Part shown: positions 38,801-50,800 of the stretch, one piece after another
Layout of the letters: each line of letters begins with the position of its first letter
Position numbering within the stretch: the first letter of the stretch is position 1
Assembly: GCA_032718475.1 (NCBI GenBank)
Contig: JAUCBJ010007175.1
Coordinates: 1 to 64,000, forward strand
DNA: 64,000 nt
Origin: Nemertoderma westbladi
Taxonomy: Eukaryota > Animalia > Xenacoelomorpha
Direction of reading: 5' to 3'
Translations under genes and position numbers: made by a program
The notes under the pieces: model-generated
Seen by the model: the letters and a program-made list of their open reading frames with translations, nothing else
Told to the model about the DNA's origin: nothing
The model's database searches: none

Positions 38801-41800
38801 AAGTTAATGGACAATGGGGTAAGTTAATGTTGTAATGGACAATGGGGTAAGTTAATGGACAATAGGGTAAGTTAATGGACAATGGGGTAAGTTAATGTTG
38901 TAATGGACAATGGGGTAAGTTAATGTTGTAATGCACAATGGGGTAAGTTAATGTTGCAATGCACAATGGGTTAAGTTAATGGACAATAGGGTAAGTTAAT
39001 GGACAATGGGGTAAGTTAATGTTGTAATGGACAATGGGGTAAGTTAATGTTGTAATGCACAATGGGGTAAGTTAATGTGGTAATGCACAATGGGGAAAGT
39101 TAGTGTGGTAATGGACCATAGGGTAAGTTAATGTGGTAATGGGGTAAGTTAATGGACAATGGGGTAAGTTAATGGACAATGGGGTAAGTAAATGGACAAT
39201 GGGGTAAGTTAATGGACAATGGGGTAAGTTAATGGACAATGGGGTAAGTTAATGTAGTAATTGGGTATGCTAATGGTCAATGGGGTAAGTTAATGTGGTA
39301 ATTGGGTAAGCTAATGGACAATGGGGTAAGTTAATGTTGTAATGCACAATGGGGTAAGTTAATGTGGTAATGGGTTAAGTTTATGTTGTAATGCACAATG
39401 GGGTAAGTTAATGTTGTAATGCACAATGTTGTAAATTTATGTTGTAATGGACAATGGGGTAAGTTAATGTGGTAATGAGGTAAGTTAATGTTGTAATGGA
39501 CAATAATGGTGTAAGTTAATATGGTAATGGATAATGGGGTAAGTTAGTGTGGTAATGGACAATGGGGTAAGTTAATGTGGTAATGGACAATGGGTTAAGT
39601 TACTGTGGTAATGGGTTAAGTTTATGTGGTAATGGACAATGAGATAAGTTAATGTGGTAATGAGGTAAGTTAATGTTGTAATGGACAATAATGGTGTAAG
39701 TTAATATGGTAATGGATAATGGGGTAAGTTAGTGTGGTAATGGACAATGGGGTAAGTTAGTGTGGTAATGGACAATGGTGTAAGTTACTGTGGTAATGGA
39801 CAATGAGGTAAGTTAATGTGGTAATGAGGTAAGTTAATGTTGTAATGGACAATAATGGTGTAAGTTAATATGGTAATGGATAATGGGGTAAGTTAGTGTG
39901 GTAATGGGTTAAGTTTATGTTGTAATGCACAATGGGGTAAGTTAATGTTGTAATGCACAATGTTGTAAATTTATGTTGTAATGGACAATGGGGTAAGTTA
40001 ATGTGGTAATGAGGTAAGTTAATGTTGTAATGGACAATAATGGTGTAAGTTAATATGGTAATGGATAATGGGGTAAGTTAGTGTGGTAATGGACAATGGG
40101 GTAAGTTAATGTGGTAATGGACAATGGGTTAAGTTAATGTTGTAATGCACAATGGGGTAAGTTAATGTTGCAATGCACAATGGGTTAAGTTAATGGACAA
40201 TAGGGTAAGTTAATGGACAATGGGGTAAGTTAATGTTGTAATGGACAATGGGGTAAGTTAATGTTGTAATGCACAATGGGGTAAGTTAATGTGGTAATGC
40301 ACAATGGGGAAAGTTAGTGTGGTAATGGACCATAGGGTAAGTTAATGTGGTAATGGGGTAAGTTAATGGACAATGGGGTAAGTTAATGGACAATGGGGTA
40401 AGTAAATGGACAATGGGGTAAGTTAATGGACAATGGGGTAAGTTAATGGACAATGGGGTAAGTTAATGTAGTAATTGGGTATGCTAATGGTCAATGGGGT
40501 AAGTTAATGTGGTAATTGGGTAAGCTAATGGACAATGGGGTAAGTTAATGTTGTAATGCACAATGGGGTAAGTTAATGTGGTAATGGGTTAAGTTTATGT
40601 TGTAATGCACAATGGGGTAAGTTAATGTTGTAATGCACAATGTTGTAAATTTATGTTGTAATGGACAATGGGGTAAGTTAATGTGGTAATGAGGTAAGTT
40701 AATGTTGTAATGGACAATAATGGTGTAAGTTAATATGGTAATGGATAATGGGGTAAGTTAGTGTGGTAATGGACAATGGGGTAAGTTAATGTGGTAATGG
40801 ACAATGGGTTAAGTTACTGTGGTAATGGGTTAAGTTTATGTGGTAATGGACAATGAGATAAGTTAATGTGGTAATGAGGTAAGTTAATGTTGTAATGGAC
40901 AATAATGGTGTAAGTTAATATGGTAATGGATAATGGGGTAAGTTAGTGTGGTAATGGACAATGGGGTAAGTTAGTGTGGTAATGGACAATGGTGTAAGTT
41001 ACTGTGGTAATGGACAATGAGGTAAGTTAATGTGGTAATGAGGTAAGTTAATGTTGTAATGGACAATAATGGTGTAAGTTAATATGGTAATGGATAATGG
41101 GGTAAGTTAGTGTGGTAATGGACAATGGGGTAAGTTAATGTGGTAATGAGGTAAGTTAATGTTGTAATGGACAATAATGGTGTAAGTTAATATGGTAATG
41201 GATAATGGGGTAAGTTAGTGTGGTAATGGACAATGGGGTAAGTTAATGTGGTAATGGACAATGTGGTAAGTTACTGTGGTAATGGACAATGAGGTAAGTT
41301 AATGTGGTAATGAGGTAAGTTAATGTTGTAATGGACAATAATGGTGTAAGTTAATATGGTAATGGATAATGGGGTAAGTTAGTGTGGTAATGGACAATGG
41401 GGTAAGTTAATGTGGTAATGAGGTAAGTTAATGTTGTAATGAACAATAATGGTGTAAGTTAATATGGTAATGGATAATGGGGTAAGTTAGTGTGGTAATG
41501 GACAATGGTGTAAGTTAATATGGTAATGGATAATGGGGTAAGTTAGTGTGGTAATGGACAATGAGGTAAGTTAATGTGGTAATGAGGTAAGTTAATGTGG
41601 TAATGAGGTAAGTTAATGTTGTAATGGACAATAATGGTGTAAGTTAATATGGTAATGGATAATGGGGTAAGTTAGTGTGGTAATGGACAATGGGGTAAGT
41701 TAATGTGGTAATGGACAATGGGTTAAGTTACTGTGGTAATGGACAATGGGGTAAGTTAGTGTGGTAATGATGTAAGTTAATGTTGTATTGGACAATGCGT

Positions 41801-44800
41801 TAAGTTACTGTGGTAATGGACAATGGTGTAAGTTAATATGGTAATGGATAATGGGGTAAGTTAGTGTGGTAATGGACAATGAGGTAAGTTAATGTGGTAA
41901 TGAGGTAAGTTAATGTGGTAATGAGGTAAGTTAATGTTGTAATGGACAATAATGGTGTAAGTTAATATGGTAATGGATAATGGGGTAAGTTAGTGTGGTA
42001 ATGGACAATGGTGTAAGTTAATATGGTAATGGATAATGGGGTAAGTTAGTGTGGTAATGGACAATGGGGTAAGTTAATGTGGTAATGGACAATGGGGTAA
42101 GTTAGTGTGGTAATGGACACTGGGTTAAGTTACTGTGGTAATGGACAATGGGGTAAGTTAGTGTGGTAATGATGTAAGTTAATGTTGTATTGGACAATGC
42201 GTTAAGTTACTGTGGTAATGGACAATGGGGTAAGTTAATGTGGTAATGGACAATGGGGTAAGTTAATGTGGTAATGATGTAAGTTAATGTTGTAATGGAC
42301 AATAATGATGTAAGTTAATATGGTAATGGATAATGGGGTAAGTTAGTGTGGTAATGGACAATGGGATAAGTTAATGTGGTAATGGACAATGGGGTAAGTT
42401 ACTGTGGTAATGGACAATGAGGTAAGTTAATGTGGTAATGGACAATGGGGTAAGTTAATGTGGTAATGATGTAAGTTAATGTTGTAATGGACAATGGGTT
42501 AAGTTACTGTGGTAATGGACAATGAGGTAAGTTAATGTGGTAATGGACAATGGGGTAAGTTACTGTGGTAATGGACAATGGGGTAAGTTAGTGTGGTAAT
42601 GATGTAAGTTAATGTTGTAATGGACAATGGGTTAAGATACTGTGGTAATGGACAATGGGGTAAGTTAATGTGGTAATGATGTAAGTTAATGTTGTAATGG
42701 ACAATGGGTTAAGTTAATATGGTAATGGATAATGGGGTAAGTTAGTCTGGTAATGGACACTGGGTTAAGTTACTGTGGTAAGGGACAATGGGGTAAGTTA
42801 GTGTGGTAATGATGTAATTTAATGTTGTAATGGACAATGGGTTAAGTTACTGTGGTAATGGACAATGGGGTAAGTTAATGTGGTAATGGACAATGGGGTA
42901 AGTTAATGTGGTAATGATGTAAGTTAATGTTGTAATGGACAATGGGTTAAGTTAATATGGTAATGGATAATGGGGTAAGTTAGTGTGGTAATGGACAATG
43001 GGGTAAGTTAGTGTGGTAATGGACAATGGAGTAAGTTAGTGTGGTAATGGACACTGGGTTAAGTTACTGTGGTAATGGACAATGGGGTAAGTTAGAGTGG
43101 TAATGGACACTGGGTTAAGTTACTGTGGTAATGGATAATGGGGTAAGTTAGTGTGGTAATGGACAATGGGGTAAGTTAGTGAGGTGATGGACAATGGGGT
43201 AAGTTAGTGTGGTAATGGACACTGGGTTAAGTTACTTTGGTAATGGATAATGGGGTAAGTTAGTGTGGTAATGGACAATGAGGTAAGTTAGTGAGGTGAT
43301 GGACAATGGGGTAAGTTAGTGTGGTAATGGACAATGGGGTAAGTTAGTGAGGTAATGGACACTGGGTTAAGTTACTTTGGTAATGGATAATGGGGTAAGT
43401 TAGTGTGGTAATGGACAATGAGGTAAGTTAGTGAGGTGATGGACACTGGGTTAAGTTACTGTGGTAATGGACAATGGGGTATCTCCGTGTGGTAAAGGAC
43501 AATGGGGTATCTCCGTGTGGTGATGGACAATGGGGTATGTTATTGTGGTAATAGATATATACATGTTGGGTGTGCTGTTAATTCTGTTAATTCTTTTTGT
43601 TTTAATAACTTTGTTTTTAAATATTAGGTGATCCATCAGTTGGGTGTAAACCTTGTGGATGCGACCCATCTGGGTCTCAGAAACAGCAATGCGACCGAAG
43701 TACTGGTGTCTGTCAATGTAAACCCGGCATACAGGGCCGCTACTGCGAGCAGTGTGAGAGAGGGAGTGTGGAATTCCCGATCTGCCGTAACTGCGGACAA
43801 TGTTTCACTAACTGGGACGATAAGTAAGTTTATAGCAATGGATTCTTGTTCGTTATAATAATTATAAACTAGATAAACAAAAAAAAAATCATAAAGGAAA
43901 TTTGTAATCCTTCCAGACAATCTTGTCTAAATGTGTATTTCTATTGATAATAATGAGTGATTTAAGTTTGTAGTTTACTAACCAAATACAGTATATTTAA
44001 TCTACCTATATATTTAATAAGTAATGGTACTTTCATAGGTAATAAAGGTACACTTATATTTACTTATAATTATCAATTAATATTTTTACTCTAAATTTAA
44101 AGTTTCGGGGTGCGGGTTTCGGGTGGATGCGAGGTGTGTGGGATCTAGGGACCACCTCATAAAGTTCCTTGCTGTTCGCGAGTGAGGGATCCACCCACAG
44201 TTCCCATGATGGAGGCCGCATCCGACCAGAATGGCAACAGCTTACAAGAATTGAGTCTGAACCTCCTTGTTGAGTTCCTGGTACTTTCGGATCTTTATAG
44301 TTCCGCTTCCTCGGCAGTGCGCCCTCAAGCGGATACAATTATTTATTTAATTCATATAATTCAAATGTCGAAAGTTGAAAATTATAACGTAATTACATCA
44401 ACAAATTATTTATAATTTTATTCGCAGGATAGAAGACCTGGTTAACGCCACTCGGGCAACTATAGAACGCTCCAAAAACTTTACGGGTTCCAGCCATGCT
44501 GGAGCCTATGACCGAGAACTAGCGGAGTTGGAGGCATTGGTTGATAATATTACCAGTCATATTAGCGATCCTTTCTACAGCACCGACGATGTTATGAAGA
44601 TCGCCAATGAACTGGAAGATCTGAAAACTCGATATGGCAAAAAATTGGTTAGAAGGAGTTTTCTTTTTTCTTTATTGAAGAAAATAATAATGTTTTATAT
44701 ATTTAATTGATTGGTATTTATATGGTATTAATAATTATGATACAACTAAATAGTGAAACCAACTTATTATTGTTACCTATTACAGGATGACCTAGAGGTG

Positions 44801-47800
44801 AATGCTTACAGTATAGAATCCTTGGACGAGGACATGGCTGATAGTACAGATGCGTTGGACATACTGAGAGACAGAATCGAGGATTTAGGGATCCTAAGTG
44901 ACTTGATGCTGGCTAATGCCACTGAGTTGTCAGCCTCTGACGCAGAAGGAGCCATTAGAGTGTTAGAAGAAGCTATGGATGTCGTCCAACAAGCTGTAAG
45001 AAAGGTTAGTCTGGTACAATTTTCATGTTGGTTGATTGTAAACTGAAACAATTTGAATGTTGATAATTTCCAAAGTGCCGCCCATGTGAGGAATACCAGG
45101 ATTTCACTTTTCGGTCGACTTTTTATTGGAATTTTATATAGGAAGATTTTTTATTTTTTTTTAATTTATCTTTATTAAGTGTTTTATAGCGCTTTATTTC
45201 TGTCTTATAACCTGTACATATACTAATTCGTTTATTGTTTTGGTTAGATTCAGCCCTTCTGTAACATGTGTTTTTGGTGAAAACCTATGGTTTTCTTCAC
45301 ATGGGGGTAACTGCAAAGTGAAATATAACGGCAGAAAGTCTGGTATTCTTCACATGGGGGTAACTGCAAAGTGAAATATAACGGCAGAAAGTCTGGTATT
45401 CTTCACATGGGCCCCAAAGTGAAACAATTTTAATGTTGATTGATTCTAAACTGAAACCATTTTCCTGTAGGTTGATTCATTGGACGAGATAGTGGAGAAT
45501 GCGACGAGAATTCGAACCGACGTGGAAGACATTTTGTTGAAGTCTGAGCGACTGCGTCTGGAGCCGCGATTCAACGAGACTGTAGACCGAGTAGCGGAGG
45601 GTCTGGCGGACGTGGAGGACCTACTGCGTGGTCTCAACCGGGACGTCTGTGGCTCCGGCTCGCCCTACTGCAACCCAGCGTGCGGCGGGGCTGGTTGTCC
45701 CGTACAGTGTGGCGGAGAAGACTTCCTGAACAAGTCCCGTTGCGCAGGTATCACTTACCGAATTGTAAAAATCTCACCCCAAAGGAAAACTCCCAAAAAT
45801 CAGTTTCAACTCTCTAAGATTAATCGAATAACATAGCCAAACGTTTGCTCAATTAGTTTGTTAAGGTTCGATACATAAGTATCGGTAATTTTTTTAATGT
45901 GAGTGTTGTTAAACACGTAAAATCAGTAGTACTTACTTAATTATAATATAATAATGAAATTCCGGTATTATAATACACCATCTCACTTAAAACAACAATT
46001 TTTAGCAAGTCGGAGAACCCCCACCCCCCCCCCCCCCCGAATTGTTTTTAAATTTCAATCATATTTTACGAAATTTGATTTGATGATAGTTCGACACCTT
46101 TTCTTACTGTTGGCCTTGCCGGATTTTAATTTATGAGCTATTTCGATACAACAAGACGTTACAAATCGTCTTTTTCGCAATATTTAGCCACTATGTCTTC
46201 TTTATTTTTCGTCTTTGGAATGAAATCTATATTAGAACCGCTTTCATCTGCAGATTCAGAATCAGAAAACCGTTTTAAATTTCACCAATAACTTCCGGAG
46301 ATATTATCAAAATTCAAAAGTATACATTTTGACACATAATTCGCTATAATTCTAATGTTTTATTTACTCAATTCTAGAATATTAATTACGTGTAATGAAG
46401 AAATAACATGGCAAAGAAACAACAGAGCACCTAATTAATGCATCATCAAATACTATGTGTAAATATATTGCTTTCCTTTTCAACAGCATGACCCATTGTG
46501 GAGTCTTTCCGGACAACCTATGTGAGAGTCTCTTACTACCTCACCTCAAGAATGCTACTCGAAAGAAAAACGATACAACAAATTACAGAGGAATTTCAAT
46601 CTCATCAATCTTCGTCAAGCTGTGGGAAATTCTAGTTCTGAGCGAATTCACTCGAGAGGCAACTTGCCATCTCCAAATGGCATACAAGAAAGGAATCAAT
46701 GGAGAAATCCCCTACATGGTAGCCAATAAACTAATTAAGCGTTTTAATGCAGGTGGCTCAGACGTCCACGTGCTCTCAATAGACTTATCTGCGGCCTTCG
46801 ACTGCGTAAACCACAAATCTCTCTTTAGTAAGCTTAGGGAAACAAATATCGATAAACCCTGGTTACAACTACTCGAATCACTCTACAAAAAATCTACAGC
46901 TTATGTAAGAACAGGACGACGTTTATACACACAATCAATCAAACTATCCAAAGGCGTAAGAGAAGGGGGAGTATTATCTGCCTGGCTCTTTAATTTTTAT
47001 CTAAAAGAATTATTCGTCAACATAGAATCATTAGGATTAGGTATACACATCAACAAGCACTCCTACCCTATAATTGGGTATGCAGATGACATACTGCTTC
47101 TAGCAAACCTAAAGAGCGATCTACAGAAGTTAACAACAGTTTGTACTACCTACTTCTCTGCACATGGCCTAAAAGCGAACCCAACAAAATCCCATTATGT
47201 TATCTGCTCACCAACAACAAAGACAACCACTAAACAAACCCTGAAAGTTGGTCACACTACCCTAGAACACGAAAATAGTTGTCGATACCTAGGACTGCCC
47301 TTCCCCTTAAACTCAAGACAGCCTAAAAGACAACTTCGTCAAAAGGTGCTGGTGGAATGTGGCGCGACTAAAGAACCGGGGGTTATCAACTTCTGATGTG
47401 CCCCTGATAGTTACGAAGACCATATGGAAAACCATTTGCACCCCATCAATCCTATATGGAACAGCAAATTACACAGATGCTATCACCAACGATTTTGAAG
47501 TCTTTTTTCGAAAGGCTATGAGATCAATATTAGATGTCAAAAATTACGTATCCAACAATACCCTGTACCTTCTCCTAGGACAAGAAACCCTATCATCCCT
47601 AGTGGCATACAACAAATGTAGGATCATATACAGTGCTTTCAACTCTCGCAATCCAAAAATAATATACTTCTTCGCCTGGCTTCTAGCGCAGCATAGCCTT
47701 AATATATATAAAGACCCTCTATTTGACGACTACAACGTTGCGTCGTGGATTTACGAACTACCATGCATAACCAGCCTAGTAACGGCATCCTACAGCACCA

Positions 47801-50800
47801 AACATACCATAAGGAATGCGAAAGAACGCAACAAGCCAACAGCCAAATATAAGGACATTTTCAATGCGCTGTTTTTAAATAGTATCCTAAACAACATCAA
47901 CTCAGAAAACCACGTAAGGCATGAATGTATCCTTGATTTTTATGGAATCGAAAAATCAACCACACAATAATAACTCATGACTAGGTACACACAGAGCTAA
48001 CTATCACCATGGTGTCTTTGAGTGACCTGACTTTTATTGATTTATTGTTTTATTGATTTACTGATTTATTGATTTATTTTTTGATTATTGACCGTTTTAA
48101 TTATAGCCTGCCGGGGCGTATGCCGTGCAAATGAATGAATGAATGGAGAGTTTTACAAGTTCAACTAAATAATAATTAATATTCTAGAATAAAGATATTA
48201 AAAAACATAGAATTATAGCGATTTACGTCTCTAAATTTACACACCTAGTATTTTGACAATATCTCTGGGAATTTTGCAGAAATTATAAACTGTCGGATTA
48301 GGAATCTGCAGATAAAGGCGGTTCTCATACATAATGTCTAGATTACATTCAAAAGACGAAAAATATAGCCAACAGAGATAAGTAAATATTACTAAAAATG
48401 TGTTTTTTAACGACTTTGTTATTACGAAATAGCCCAGAAATGGAAAAATCCGGCTCTGGCAGCAGTTAGAAAAGTTGTCGAACTATCATCATACCAAATT
48501 TCGTAAAATATGATTGAAATTTAAAAACAATTGGGGGAGAGGGGGGGGGGGGGGCTCAGACTTGATAAAAATTGTCGTTGTATTGAGGGAGATAAGTGTA
48601 TATACAAAACTGGTAATTGTAACAGGAAATTCTGAAATAATTTGTTTACGCCAAATGGATCGTGATCGAGAAATGTTCCATTTTCAAATTCAAATATTGA
48701 TTTATTTATTTATTAAGCCGAGGAAATATATTTAATGTCATTAAATGGTAACTCCGACAATATATGTTATGTTCTGTAGACAAAGGGTCTAAACCGATGG
48801 CTGATATCGCGAAGAAAAAGGTTGAGGAAGCTGAAGGACATGTTAAAGACCATAATGCTGAGAGCGCTGAGTTTCTAGCTAATATGACGCGATACGCGAA
48901 TATTACGGGAGCTGCGTGGAATCTTTCTCAGGTCTGTTTATAACCGGAATCTAAGTTGTAACGATCGTCTGTACTCCGTAACTCTATTACATATAGGCTT
49001 ACTATCCATAGGAACCCTATCTGCAACTTATGTCCCAAACTGTTGCTCCCCCTCCGCCTCGTGCTACTTTGGCCCCTTTAAGTCATCCGACCCAACAATT
49101 ACCTGCTCCATATGTAAAAATAACCATTTCCATTTGCTTTGCGGTACACATTTAACAGCCTCGAAGCTGATCGATTTCACAGCTCGTAACGACATGATTT
49201 TCTGTAAAAATCTTTCCTTTCCAACCCATTAGCAATGACGATCGTGATATATTTCAGGAGAAGTCACAATGAAATTACTCAATAATGGATGACTTTTTAA
49301 ACAGAACTTTTAACGAGGTTGACCCGGACAAATATTTAATACATCTCAATATTGATAACGGTTTTCTCTCTGAATCACAGTTTAATAATAAATTTAAACA
49401 TATTAATCCGAAAACTTCACTATCAATATTTAATCTAAATTGCCGCAGCCTTCTGTCTAATCATTCTGAGCTTACAAATTTTTCATGACGCTAAAATTAA
49501 AATCCTACATTGTGACTCTCACCGAAACGTTTTTTTCTGATGCTGATTATATACACCGGTTTATTTAAAATTAACGGTTTTGTAGGACCATTTCTCCATA
49601 ATCGTACTGTTGGTAAATTAAAACGTGGTGGAACAGCAAATTGTGTTACTGATAAATTTTCAGTGACCAACAGCAATGACTTGCAGGTGGAGGGACTTGA
49701 TAACTCATGGATTCAAATCACCGGACCGCGCCAGAAAGCAGTAATTGTTGGCACTATCCTATCGACCTGATTCTGTAAAAATTGATATTTTTTTTGCATC
49801 TCTCGATCTCCGATAACCAAACTAAATAACAACAATAAATACGACGCAATTATTACAGGCGACATAACATTGATTTACTTAATCTAACTAAAACAGCTAA
49901 ACAAGACATTTACTTTCCTCCATCTGCTATGTACAATAAATTAAACTCCAACTCGAATAACCCCCCTGGTCCAAACCCTCAGGATCACACAATAACTACA
50001 TTAACACACGTTTCATTTCTAACTCGGGCGTATTTTCTTCACTGATACCTCTGACCATCAACTTTTCACATTTTACAAATTAAAAATAAAACGCTTTTTG
50101 ACTTCTCCCAATTTAATCCCGACTCTTTTATTCGCGATATCGAACGAGAAACCTCATGGTCTTACAACTCGTCGTCAGTACCACCACGGGAAAAATTTGA
50201 TGAATTTTACAATAATTTTATTAAAATTTGCGTTACCCATATTCCCAAAAACGTTTTATTCTTAAATTGTTACTTTTTCGCTCGAATATACCCCACAATT
50301 GCAATTGGGAGAAAACGTTTCTTTTTCCCTTGGGAAAAAAAGTAACCCATAGGATTGCATTGAATTTACTTTTATTCCCGGCGAAAAAAGTAAATTAAAA
50401 TATTTTTGGTGGAATTTCTTAAATTTTATTACATATATTGAAAGAGCATCGACGTAGAAAAGGTTTGGATTTCATTTGAGCAAAATCCATTCACACACTC
50501 AAAAGTTATTGCAACTTTAGTGTCTGCAAGACAAACTCCAAATCGGAACTCAATACCCAATATTGGTTTATATTGTTAAGCGGTTCTCTAGTTATGTAAT
50601 AAATATTCGAGAACACTAAATTATTTAACATTAAGTAAGGCAACATCGAGAGTTGAATAGTACAATAATTTGAATCGCAGTAACTATGGAAGGAAACATT
50701 ATAGTTAAATACTACAGTTCAATTAATTTTGTAACTCAACTGTACTGTAGCATTTCGCTATGTTTTATTAAAGAATTTAGCAACAAACAAGTACCAATTT

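Noticed and set aside
44060-44340. GC-richer segment with short ORFs as an extra laminin exon
   Set aside because: Exons 15 and 16 already join in phase with the expected sequence; no recognisable motif, probably a repeat fragment.
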